Positions 1-8,773 are shown, counted from the first letter of the stretch. The stretch: DNA of 19,027 bases from Andalucia godoyi And28 (GCA_009859145.1 VRVR01000021.1:338617-357643), one strand, 5' to 3'. Notes: generated by a model not told the origin, from the sequence alone. Numbers and translations are program-made.

Positions 1-1
1 A

Positions 2-145
2 ACTCCCAAGAGAAACACGCTCGATGGTGCCACTGACCAGAGCACATCAAGAAGTCATCATCGCTTGGTCCTCCACCCATGCATTTTTCTGGATGTAGGA
101 CTGTTGGATAAGAGGACCAAAAAGCAAAGCTGCTGCTTGGTCTGA
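2..145 (+). CDS. Possible 3' end of a gene entering from the left edge, ending in a polybasic + CaaX-like tail (...DKRTKKQSCCLV*)
   Basis: Frame is open from base 2 to TGA at 143-145, ends KRTKKQSCCLV and is followed by AT-rich sequence. Ambiguous, because a minus-strand frame is also open across the window edge. Confidence 0.3.
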   Translation, partial: TPKRNTLDGATDQSTSRSHHRLVLHPCIFLDVGLLDKRTKKQSCCLV

Positions 146-220
146 TCTTGAATTCATTTAACTTCCGACTGTTTGGGTCTGTTGAGAACACAGCATTCAA
201 AAAACAAAGAAATTTTGTTT

Positions 221-306
221 GTAAGTTTCTGAACGGGGAAAGAAAATTTACATTTAAAAAAAAAAAAAAGAGGACGAGAGCACCAGTCTCTTTGTGAAAA
301 TCGCAG
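221..306 (+). other. Candidate spliceosomal intron (GTAAGT...CGCAG), possibly in the Rh 5' leader
   Basis: Canonical GTAAGT donor at 221, A-rich interior (A14 at 256-269), CGCAG acceptor at 302-306. No transcript evidence. Confidence 0.3.
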
Positions 307-462
307 ACGGGAATGTCAGAGCAGTCTGCTATGAAGCGGAGATTCCGACGCTGAGATTGTCGGAGAAAGCGGTGCCAGCAGCTGCCTTTTCGGGACTTTC
401 GAGATGTCTCCGGATTCCGCCGGAGCCCCGGCGTGTCGCTATGCGATTCACACACATGTTGT

Positions 463-572
463 GTAAGATGTAGTTGCGGCCCCTCTCCTGACGTGCCTGC
501 CTTATCGTACACGCAGCGTTCTGAAGCAGCACTGTTGCTTTTGGCTTCTTTGTCTTTTCTTTTCTTTCGCAG
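463..572 (+). other. Candidate spliceosomal intron (GTAAGA...polypyrimidine-CGCAG) upstream of the Rh gene
   Basis: GTAAGA at 463; long pyrimidine tract at 545-568 ending in CGCAG at 568-572. Confidence 0.4.
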
Positions 573-726
573 GAGCTTCGTACTGCATTTTGCCCAACCA
601 CGCTGACTGCTGTTTCTCTTCTTTTTTCTTTTTCTTTCCCGTTTTGAGTTTTGCACTCTTTCTTCTTCTTTTTCGAAGCGTCACTGCAGAACGAGAAGGG
701 GGGAAAAACCAGAAAAAGACGTTCTG

Positions 727-2427
727 ATGTCAGAAGCCCATGGGTCTCTCAGCAGCTCCGATGTAGAGATGGTGGACCACAATGCCTCCGTGGTGCCCAG
801 CGGAGATGATACGCTGATAGTGGCTGTCACCACGCGTCGCGATCAGATTCGTCGAGCACTGCAGCGCCATGCAAACGAACTGGACATTGAAGAACTTGGA
901 CTCATCGACAAGCAGCTGAAGTCTGGCACTGATGCGGATCTTTCGCAGGATGCTGCAGTTCTGGCATCCAAGCGCGAACGCTTGACAAGCATGGTGGCCC
1001 GTCTTCTCGAGCAAGAAAAGGGAAAACAGCTTCGTGATATGGTGGCTCGTTTAATCCCATCGACAACTGAGCACGAGACGCATCACAAGCTGATCGAGCT
1101 CGACTGGGCGTCTAGTCTGCTGATTGCATGGCAAGTTGTTCTCATTGTGCTGTACTATGTTTTCTGCGATTACGAAAAGCAGGACAAGGCGATTACCGCG
1201 CAGAATCTGCAGGTTCAGGTTGCTCCATTGTACGTGATGTATCTCGGAATTGCGACCATGATGATTTTTGGATTTGGATATCTCATGACGTTCCTGCGTC
1301 GATATGGCTTTGGTGCAGTCGGATACACCCTGCTTTTGACATCCTGTGTGGTGCAGTGGGGTATTCTTTGCCAAGCATTCCTTCACGAGGCACACGCGGG
1401 GTCGTACGGAACGATCAATCTTTCTATCAGCTGGCTGATCGAAGGACACTTTGCAGCTGCGACATTTCTGATTTCTTTCGGGGCGGTCATTGGAAAGACG
1501 ACTGCGGAACAGCTCGTTCTCATGGCCTTCGTGGAGACGATGTTCTATTCACTGAACTACTATATTGGGTTTCTGAAGCTCAAGGCGGTGGACATTGGAG
1601 GATCCATGTTCATCCACACATTTGGAGGAATTTTCGGGCTGTTCTTTTCGAAGGCTCTCTTGAAACGGAACGCTGGAAAACACGAAGACAACCGTTCACG
1701 GTATACCTCGGACATGTTTGCATTCATCGGAACTGCGTTTTTGTGGCTCTTCTGGCCATCGTTCAATGGGGCGTTTGCCGGTGATCGTCAGTATCGCGTT
1801 GTGCTGAACACTGCTCTTGCGCTCACTGGCTCTGCAGTCGGCACGTTTATCTGCTCGAAGCTGCTGCGGCCGCATCACAAGTACGAAATGGTCGACGTCT
1901 GCAATGCAGTCCTCGCAGGTGGTGTTGCTGTTGGCTCGTCTTCCGATCTGATTATCGGCCCTGGGTCCGCAATCTTGATTGGAGTCGTTTCTGGATCTCT
2001 CTCTGTTTTCCTCTACGTATTTTGCCAGCCTTATCTGGAGCGAACGATCGGACTTAACGATACATGTGGTATCCAGGCTCTGCACGCCGGGCCCGGCATT
2101 ATGGGTGCAGTTGGAGGAATCATTGCTTGCGGTTCTGCAGCTGCCGAACACTCATTGTACGGAGAGGATTTTTCTACTGTTTTCCCCCATGGAGATAATC
2201 AGGCATCCTATCAGTTTGCAGCGCTGGCTGTGACCATTGGAATTGCAGTTGTCGGAGGTGTCTTGACGGCGTGGTTCGTCGGCTGGATGACGCGCAACCG
2301 TCCGATGAAGGACGAAGAACGTTTCCAAGATTCAGCTGACTGGGTCGTCCCATCTGGAGAATACGACACTATTCGTGAGCAGGAAGAACTTCACTCCATG
2401 TTTGAAGAACGAGAGAAGCTCTATTAA
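727..2427 (+). CDS. Rh50: Rhesus (Rh50) family ammonia/ammonium channel (Amt/Mep/Rh superfamily), 566 aa, with a ~125-aa soluble N-terminal extension
   Basis: Rh-type motifs FGFGYLMTFLRRYGF, ISFGAVIGK, DIGGSMFIHTFG, FLWLFWPSFN, NAVLAGGVAVG, DTCGIQALHAGPG (twin His retained) and C-terminal FQDSADW. Multiple hydrophobic helices. Confidence 0.96.
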   Translation: MSEAHGSLSSSDVEMVDHNASVVPSGDDTLIVAVTTRRDQIRRALQRHANELDIEELGLIDKQLKSGTDADLSQDAAVLASKRERLTSMVARLLEQEKGKQLRDMVARLIPSTTEHETHHKLIELDWASSLLIAWQVVLIVLYYVFCDYEKQDKAITAQNLQVQVAPLYVMYLGIATMMIFGFGYLMTFLRRYGFGAVGYTLLLTSCVVQWGILCQAFLHEAHAGSYGTINLSISWLIEGHFAAATFLISFGAVIGKTTAEQLVLMAFVETMFYSLNYYIGFLKLKAVDIGGSMFIHTFGGIFGLFFSKALLKRNAGKHEDNRSRYTSDMFAFIGTAFLWLFWPSFNGAFAGDRQYRVVLNTALALTGSAVGTFICSKLLRPHHKYEMVDVCNAVLAGGVAVGSSSDLIIGPGSAILIGVVSGSLSVFLYVFCQPYLERTIGLNDTCGIQALHAGPGIMGAVGGIIACGSAAAEHSLYGEDFSTVFPHGDNQASYQFAALAVTIGIAVVGGVLTAWFVGWMTRNRPMKDEERFQDSADWVVPSGEYDTIREQEELHSMFEEREKLY

Positions 2428-2731
2428 GCGTTTTTTTAAAAAAAAAAAATAAATTTGAGGGGGAGGAAAGGGGGAAGTCTGAAAGTCTCTCAACGCAGCG
2501 TCCGTAAAAATTAAATCCCCCTTCTCCTACCACTGAGCACGTTTCCCTACCAACTCCGAACAAAAATGAAAAACACTGTGAACATCGTGCCGTTCGTGTC
2601 TTTCCTTATTCTTCCTTTGTTCTCCCACCTTCTTTTTTTGGGCTTTATTCGGTGCGTTGGTATTTGTTCGCTCGTCCGGAAAAAGAAATATATAAAAATA
2701 ATAATAACAGTAATAAAAGAAAGGAGGTTGG

Positions 2732-3202
2732 ATGACAAGCGAAAAGCCGTTTCGTACACTACATGTCGGGTTACTAGGAGAGCACGAAAATGTCGTTCTT
2801 CCTGTTGCTCGACCTTCGCGCCTGGATCTGCGTTCAGAGTACTTTCGGCAGAATCCGTCTGTGCCGTTTCCTTCCACGAGTATTATGCTTCTGCGGCATG
2901 TTTTCCAAGTGTCTGCGGAGCTGAATGCACTGCACATCCACATCAAGTATGTTGTAAGATCAGGCGAATCCGTGGTTATGTTTCGAACACCAAAGGGACT
3001 TGTATTTCATTCCACCATTGTCAATAGCCATTGGATACCGTATGTCGTGTTGTTTGCTACAAAGAAGGAGGCGTTGGAAGACGTTGAAGAGGGCGAGTTT
3101 CGAATTGAAATCATCTCCGAAAACGGTCTTCACGGGGAGTTTACGTGTGGATTGCTGCATTTGCACGATGGCATCAAGCTTACACTGACCCCTATCTCTT
3201 GA
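2732..3202 (+). CDS. Hypothetical protein, 156 aa, beta-strand-rich composition, no family recognised
   Basis: ATG right after an AT-rich spacer, coding-like GC and codon usage, fills the gap between Rh and PIG-Z. Its stop overlaps the PIG-Z 3' end. Confidence 0.65.
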   Translation: MTSEKPFRTLHVGLLGEHENVVLPVARPSRLDLRSEYFRQNPSVPFPSTSIMLLRHVFQVSAELNALHIHIKYVVRSGESVVMFRTPKGLVFHSTIVNSHWIPYVVLFATKKEALEDVEEGEFRIEIISENGLHGEFTCGLLHLHDGIKLTLTPIS

Positions 3203-4664
3203 ACATGGAATCGCAATCGACAGTGCAAACATGAATGAACGCAGATCGATCATGCGATCCCAAATTGTCCGTGTCGACATGGAACCCGTACTCGTGATCC
3301 GTTTTGCACACGACTCCCAGTGATGCAGGAATAACTGGCGTCAGCAAACCAACGGGCTCGCGATTGCAGAATGTACATGCTCGCTCTACGTACGGCAGCG
3401 GATTTCGATTATTCGTGTCAATCCACGCGCTGTACGCTACGGTTGCAAAAGACCGTGGAGGCATGAATGTTCCATGCCACACGATTGCGGGTTTTCCTGC
3501 TGGAAACTCTTTTGCCAGTGCGAGGGACGCTGGCACGAGCCCACCTTGATGCAGGAATCCAAAGAAGATACCCAGCGCGAGATTGAAAGCGAACATGAGA
3601 ACCCACAGTCGCCGAGAGCCTCCAAGAAGCGATTTCAGCAAATCTCCACTCACAATGCATATCGGAACGAGCAAGGGAAGCAGAAATCGCGGTTCTTGAT
3701 GGGGTGCGGCGGACAAAGCAAGCATTGACAACGCGATACAGACAAGAAATGGTGTGGTGTCAGAGCTTCGACAGCTTTTTCGAAAGGCCTGCACGATTGC
3801 CCAAATGGCTGCGAATGCCATCGGGCCATACAGCATGGGAAGATTGGCAACTGCATGCAGCCAGCGCGGATGTATACCGTGGATTGCCAAGTTGTCTATT
3901 TGGGTGTTGTAGACGAAATTGTTGAGCGGAGTGCACGTCCAAAGCGGCCAGCTCTGGAAGAACACTCGAGAGTCCACAATGACGCAAGCGGTGAACGTGA
4001 AACAGAATCCAACAATCAGATGTACAACTGTGCGAACAGACAGCCCCTTAAAGACGAGAATGCCCAGCCCGAAGGATCCAGCGAAGAATAGAAACGTAAA
4101 TCGTGTAAAGATCCCCAGGCAGGCAATGGCGCCTGCGAACAGATCCAGCGCATCGTTTTTGAACCGCGAGGCCGAATGCACTGCAGGAACGTATGTTCGA
4201 CGGCACATCAGATACAGAAACACGCTGAAGATGACCAATTCCGAGCAGTTTGAAAACGATCTTGTCATGAAGACAAAGGATACCCAGGACGAAGAGTACA
4301 GCGCAAATGCCGCGGGCCGACTCGTCAGCTTGCAGACGCCGTACATTGAAAAGTCCACGATCAGCGACATCAAAAACGTCATCATACGAATAGAGATGAA
4401 ACGACCGAGCCCCATTGATACATGCGAAAACGGCAAATATCCAGTGAGCAAGGGATGGACGAATGAGCGAATGGGTCCCGGCTGTCGAAACTCCCATGGA
4501 ACCACGCCCATTACAATCTCGGCAGACTGGAAGTACTCGTCGGGGTGGATGTATCCAAAGCCTGCCGCGAACACCAGTCTCAGACCAATTAGCATAAGAT
4601 ACCACTTTAAATTTGCAGAGGATCCAGCGACATCTTGCATCTTGGACAGCGTTTGGGACAACAT
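3192..4664 (-). CDS. PIGZ: GPI mannosyltransferase 4 (PIG-Z/Smp3, GT22 family), polytopic ER membrane protein
   Basis: GYIHPDEYFQS N-terminal motif, PIRS, TRSFSN..E, GIFTRFTF, NLAIHGIHPRWLH..NLP, LS..PHQEPRFLLPL, HQGG; many transmembrane segments. Confidence 0.9.
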   Translation of the reverse strand: MLSQTLSKMQDVAGSSANLKWYLMLIGLRLVFAAGFGYIHPDEYFQSAEIVMGVVPWEFRQPGPIRSFVHPLLTGYLPFSHVSMGLGRFISIRMMTFLMSLIVDFSMYGVCKLTSRPAAFALYSSSWVSFVFMTRSFSNCSELVIFSVFLYLMCRRTYVPAVHSASRFKNDALDLFAGAIACLGIFTRFTFLFFAGSFGLGILVFKGLSVRTVVHLIVGFCFTFTACVIVDSRVFFQSWPLWTCTPLNNFVYNTQIDNLAIHGIHPRWLHAVANLPMLYGPMAFAAIWAIVQAFRKSCRSSDTTPFLVCIALSMLALSAAPHQEPRFLLPLLVPICIVSGDLLKSLLGGSRRLWVLMFAFNLALGIFFGFLHQGGLVPASLALAKEFPAGKPAIVWHGTFMPPRSFATVAYSAWIDTNNRNPLPYVERACTFCNREPVGLLTPVIPASLGVVCKTDHEYGFHVDTDNLGSHDRSAFIHVCTVDCDSMFKR

Positions 4665-4730
4665 TCCGTAATTGGTACAAGAAAAAATAAATTGAGCAAC
4701 GCACAGCGCATTTCAGTACAAGCGGAAACC

Positions 4731-4766
4731 CACACACGCACACAGACACACACGCACACAGACACA
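4731..4766 (+). repeat. Imperfect (CA)-type repeat: 16-nt unit CACACACGCACACAGA x2.25
   Basis: Two exact copies at 4731-4746 and 4747-4762, then CACA. Confidence 0.85.
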
Positions 4767-4954
4767 ATCCAGGAAATCCAACACAGAAAACATCATATTC
4801 TCCGAAGGGGAGACTCAAGGAAAGTTGAGAAAAATGAAAAAAGTCATTGCGTGTGTCAGTGAAAGAATGGTCATTCTCTAGCCTTGCTTGTCGTTCTCTC
4901 CGCCGCTGCGTTCTGTTTCCTTCCCCTGTTCTTCCCCTCTCCTCCTCTCTCCCT

Positions 4955-4969
4955 TTATTATTATTATTA
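4955..4969 (+). repeat. (TTA)5 microsatellite
   Basis: Read directly from the sequence. Confidence 0.85.
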
Positions 4970-5012
4970 CTATTCTTTTTTTGTTTTTGTTTTGTTGTTT
5001 TGTTGTTGTGAA

Positions 5013-5014
<2 letters not shown>

Positions 5015-5096
<82 letters not shown>

Positions 5097-5102
5097 CACA
5101 CA
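5015..5102 (+). repeat. (CA)37-CG-(CA)6 microsatellite followed by an A-run (to 5115)
   Basis: Read directly from the sequence; 88 nt of unbroken pyrimidine-purine alternation. Confidence 0.97.
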
Positions 5103-5158
5103 AAAAAAAAAAAAAGACAGAACAAACAGGAGTTCTCACATTTGCCCTATCCGTTACA

Positions 5159-8100
5159 ATGTCGTCTGGTGGGAATTCGCACTCCAAGGAGTTCTTTGAG
5201 CTGATGAAGGGCGTGGCAGAAGCCCGGTCTAAGCAAGAAGAAGACGTCATCATCTCTCGCGAAGTCGTTCAGCTGAAGACCAAGATTTTGGACCCGAAGA
5301 CAGCCCCACGAAAGATGCGAGAATACTTGATTCGGGCACTGTATTGCGAGCTTCTTGGTTCTGAAGCGTCTTTCAGCTATATCCATGCTGTGAAGTTGTG
5401 CACTGCACAGATCCTTGCAGATAAGCGCGTCGGGTATCTTGCAGTTGCGCTGACCCTGCACCCAGACCACGAACTGATGCTTCTGCTCGTCAACACGATG
5501 CAACGCGATTTAGCGTCCTCCAACTACCTGGAAGTGTGCGCTGCTCTGACAGTTGTTGGAAAGCTTGCCAATGGAGACATCCTTCCCGCGCTGATCCAAC
5601 CGGTCATTGGGCTCTTTTCGCATTCGCAATCCATAGTGCGAAAGAAAGCCGTCATGGTTTTGGATTCCTTCTTTTCTCTTGACCCGACGGTTGCTTCAAC
5701 GTATGACGCTGATATTAAGAAGGTTCTTTGTGACAAGGACCCGTCTGTCATGGGGGCGGCTTTGTGTATTGTTCATGATTGCGCCAAGCAGGATCCGCTG
5801 ATGCACAAGGGTCTTGTTTCGTCGCTTGTATCCATTCTCAAGCAGATCATTGATCACAGACTTCCGAGAGACTATGATTATCACCGTATTCCTGCTCCCT
5901 GGATTCAGATGCGGCTGCTGCGAACACTTGCACTGCTCGGAGCGGACGATCAAACAGCTTCGAGACAAATGTACGAGGTGCTTGCCGAGGTTTTGCAGAG
6001 AGCAGACAGTGGTACCACCATTGGATATGCAGTGGTGTTTGAGTGTGTTCGAACTGTGACGTCGATTTACCCCGACAAGAATCTTGTTGCTCAGTGTGCT
6101 GGAGGCGTTTCGCGCATGCTGCAATCCCCGTCCAACAACCTCAAGTATGCGGGTATTACGGCCCTGACGCATATTGTTCGCATCGATCCAAATGCAGCCG
6201 TGCACTATCAAATGCAAGTCATTGATTGCTTGGAAGACAAGGACGAGACCCTGCAAAGAAAGACGTTGGACTTACTGATCCGAATTACAAATGCTTCAAA
6301 CATCGAAGCGATCATGGTGCGCCTCCAAAAATTCTTGAAGAAGACATCAGACGTTTTCCTCCGGCGAGATCTTGTCCAGAAGATGTGTGCTCTGGCGGAG
6401 GATTTTGCGCCAACGCTGCGATGGTACGTGGAAACAATGAACGAGATTCTCACCACGGGTGGTCGGTTGGTCCCCGAAAAGTACGCTATGAGCTTGATTA
6501 GAATCATTGCAGAGGGGTCTGAGGACGACGAAGAGAGCGAGGAATTGCGCAAGTATGCTGTCGAAACATACTATCACATGATCGACGCCGAATCCGGTAT
6601 TGTTCTTCCGGATGTCTCTATCCGTGTGTGTGCTTGGGTTCTGGGGGAGTATGCGTTTCTGTCCGATTCCGTTTCATCCCACGATGTGTCCCAGCGACTT
6701 TGTGTAATGATGGACCTCCCTGTTTCCGAGACGTCGACGCGAGGTTGGATTGTCTCTGCGCTGATGAAGATGTTTGCGCAATTCAACGAGTATGATTCAC
6801 ACACCCAAGAGATTCTTGAGCGGTTTCGCATGTCACTTTCGGTTGATACGCAGCAGCGGTGCTACGAGTTCTTGAATCTGGTTAATCGAAAGCAGATTGT
6901 TCAGGATGTGCTGCCAGCTGACGGCTCCTGCGAAGAGATTGAAGTCGACGAGAATCTGTCGTTTCTGGATAGTATCGTCCGCCGGGCTTTGCAGGCCGGG
7001 GCAAAGCCTTACACTCCAGCCGAACACCGTGCGTCCTCTGTTTTGTCCTCGTTTGCAGAAGAAGAAGACAAGCGCTCCAACCAGTTGCGATTTGAGGCAT
7101 ACAACGCTCCGTCTCGTCAGCGATCGGTGCATCTTCCGCAGCAGATTGAAGAGGAGGAGAAACCAGAAGAAGACGAAGAGGAGGAGAAGGAGCCTCCTGC
7201 GGTAGCTTCTCGCCGCGATGGATCTCACTCGGCGACAGCTGCATCCATTTTTTCGTCCATGCCACCTGTTGTCTCGCACCAGCAGCCGGCGGCGCAATCC
7301 TCTTCGACAGCTGGTTCTGCAAGTTCCAGTGGGCTCAGAGTGGACAGAGCGAAGAGAAGATGGAATCTCGATGACAGTGATGAGGAGAACGACAGGGATG
7401 TGATGTCTCGTTCCGCAGTTCCTGCTCCAAAGGTACCGTCCGCTTCTTCGAACGGGGACATCTTTGCCCACATGTCTTCGCCGTCTTCTGCAGCGCCTTT
7501 GGGCGTGTCGCATTCCGCGGTCGCTGCATCTGTATTGGAAGATCTGCCTTCTACAATGCCCTTGTCGGCTATCTTGTCGGCGTCTGAAAAGAAGAATTTG
7601 TCCAGTGCCCCGTCTCCCAAAGTTCTGTCCGACAAGGAAAAGCTGGCGGCATCTCTTTTTGGCGGCTCTACTGCCGCGTCCTCTTCTAAGAGTTCGCCCT
7701 CAGTGCCGTCGAAGACGAGCACCAGTAGCAACCGTTCTTCCGCGCCATCTGCCTCCGCGAAGCTTGCTCCCACTCGTGTTTCTGCGTCCGGTCAAGCGAG
7801 CAGTGTTGATATGTTGTTGGATTTCGGAGCGGCGCCGTTGGCGGCGGCAGCACCAGCAGCATCAGTTCCTTCTGCATCAAGCCGCAATTCAAACGATTTC
7901 AACTTGGACGACCTCTTGGTTCCATCGGAAACCCCCTCGAATCCACGTCCCGTTGCATCCCCTCCTCTGCATTCGCCTTCCTATTCGCAGGACCTGTACA
8001 GCTCCACTGCGCCTGCTTTGAGTCCCACTTCGCAGAAGCTCGTTGATCCGATCGCTGATTCGTCGCTTGTCGCCGATGCTGCGGTTGCGCTTTTCTATTC

Positions 8101-8773
8101 TTTTTTGCCTGCAGAAGGAGCCCCCGGGTCCGCTCGTGTTAAGCTGTCTGCGAAGAATGTGCGAGGCATCGGTCTGAGGAGCCTGGTTTTCGAACTCCAA
8201 CCTCCGACGCAGACGTCCATTGACTACGAGATCCCAGCTTCTGGTCGTCTGGTGGCTTCAAAGGTCACGTTCGGTTATGTGCGAACGGGAGACCATGTTT
8301 CACTGATCATCGTCCTCAAAGCGAAGTCGTTGTCGGAAATTGGTAGCCGATTTGTCGGCCGCGTTGTGTATCAGGATGAAGCCGGGTTCCAGGGTGCATT
8401 GAATATTGCTTTACCACTGTCCCATCTTATTTATGTTAGACCGAATGTCGAAATTCCCTCCACCGCTGTGTATGGAAAACTTTGGAGCCAGCTGTCCAAC
8501 GAAAAGAAGCAGAGCGTGCATCCGTCTGCACGCTACACAACGGTTCAGGAGGCGGCGACGTTGCTTGGTACGCGATTCAACTTCAAGATCGTGGAAGTCA
8601 TTAACAACGAGTTCATCTCATCCGCAGTCGTCCGGAATGACGCAGGTCGTGAGGTCGCGGGTCTGCTGCATGCAAAGGTGTCCCCCGTGTCCGTCCTTGT
8701 GACTACGCGTTCTCAGGACACGTCAGTTGCCGAATTTCTGTGTTCGCAGGTGGCCTCTGTTCTGCAGGGTTGA
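5159..8773 (+). CDS. AP4E1: AP-4 adaptor complex subunit epsilon, 1204 aa: adaptin trunk, long S/A/P-rich hinge, C-terminal ear
   Basis: N-terminal SKEFFELMKGVAEARSKQEED, KMREYLIRALYCELLG, ASFSYIHAVK, DYDYHRIPAPWIQ; hinge motifs LRFEAY and KEKLAASLFGG; ear platform YGKLWSQLSNEKKQSV. These match recalled epsilon-adaptin motifs rather than alpha, gamma or delta. Confidence 0.93.
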   Translation: MSSGGNSHSKEFFELMKGVAEARSKQEEDVIISREVVQLKTKILDPKTAPRKMREYLIRALYCELLGSEASFSYIHAVKLCTAQILADKRVGYLAVALTLHPDHELMLLLVNTMQRDLASSNYLEVCAALTVVGKLANGDILPALIQPVIGLFSHSQSIVRKKAVMVLDSFFSLDPTVASTYDADIKKVLCDKDPSVMGAALCIVHDCAKQDPLMHKGLVSSLVSILKQIIDHRLPRDYDYHRIPAPWIQMRLLRTLALLGADDQTASRQMYEVLAEVLQRADSGTTIGYAVVFECVRTVTSIYPDKNLVAQCAGGVSRMLQSPSNNLKYAGITALTHIVRIDPNAAVHYQMQVIDCLEDKDETLQRKTLDLLIRITNASNIEAIMVRLQKFLKKTSDVFLRRDLVQKMCALAEDFAPTLRWYVETMNEILTTGGRLVPEKYAMSLIRIIAEGSEDDEESEELRKYAVETYYHMIDAESGIVLPDVSIRVCAWVLGEYAFLSDSVSSHDVSQRLCVMMDLPVSETSTRGWIVSALMKMFAQFNEYDSHTQEILERFRMSLSVDTQQRCYEFLNLVNRKQIVQDVLPADGSCEEIEVDENLSFLDSIVRRALQAGAKPYTPAEHRASSVLSSFAEEEDKRSNQLRFEAYNAPSRQRSVHLPQQIEEEEKPEEDEEEEKEPPAVASRRDGSHSATAASIFSSMPPVVSHQQPAAQSSSTAGSASSSGLRVDRAKRRWNLDDSDEENDRDVMSRSAVPAPKVPSASSNGDIFAHMSSPSSAAPLGVSHSAVAASVLEDLPSTMPLSAILSASEKKNLSSAPSPKVLSDKEKLAASLFGGSTAASSSKSSPSVPSKTSTSSNRSSAPSASAKLAPTRVSASGQASSVDMLLDFGAAPLAAAAPAASVPSASSRNSNDFNLDDLLVPSETPSNPRPVASPPLHSPSYSQDLYSSTAPALSPTSQKLVDPIADSSLVADAAVALFYSFLPAEGAPGSARVKLSAKNVRGIGLRSLVFELQPPTQTSIDYEIPASGRLVASKVTFGYVRTGDHVSLIIVLKAKSLSEIGSRFVGRVVYQDEAGFQGALNIALPLSHLIYVRPNVEIPSTAVYGKLWSQLSNEKKQSVHPSARYTTVQEAATLLGTRFNFKIVEVINNEFISSAVVRNDAGREVAGLLHAKVSPVSVLVTTRSQDTSVAEFLCSQVASVLQG

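Noticed and set aside
1-680. Stop-free minus-strand frame from 680 to the left edge
   Set aside because: It crosses purine/pyrimidine tracts and the poly-A run, giving K/R/E and poly-F tracts, and has no ATG until about position 80. It may hide a short real exon but cannot be supported.
1128-1784. 218-aa alternative-frame ORF inside Rh, and similar shadow ORFs inside AP4E, Snf7, Trl1, ECHS1 and the fucosyltransferase
   Set aside because: Off-frame or antisense products of well-supported genes; Arg/Ser/Cys-rich composition typical of shadow frames.
2431-2449. T7-A12 inverted homopolymer right after the Rh stop as a terminator hairpin
   Set aside because: Adjacent T and A runs occur in several spacers here (e.g. 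253-269, about 11640); better explained as generic AT-rich UTR sequence.
2566-3027. 153-aa plus-strand ORF starting in the Rh-orphan spacer
   Set aside because: Its first third runs through AT-rich low-complexity spacer, and the rest is an off-frame overlap of the 2732-3202 ORF.
3919-4671. 250-aa plus-strand ORF
   Set aside because: Antisense shadow of the PIG-Z CDS; no motifs.
4048-5253. 401-aa minus-strand ORF and the other ORFs over 4878-5204 with VCVC / HTHT / THTH runs
   Set aside because: Produced by reading through the (CA)n microsatellite and an alternative frame of PIG-Z; no protein-like composition.
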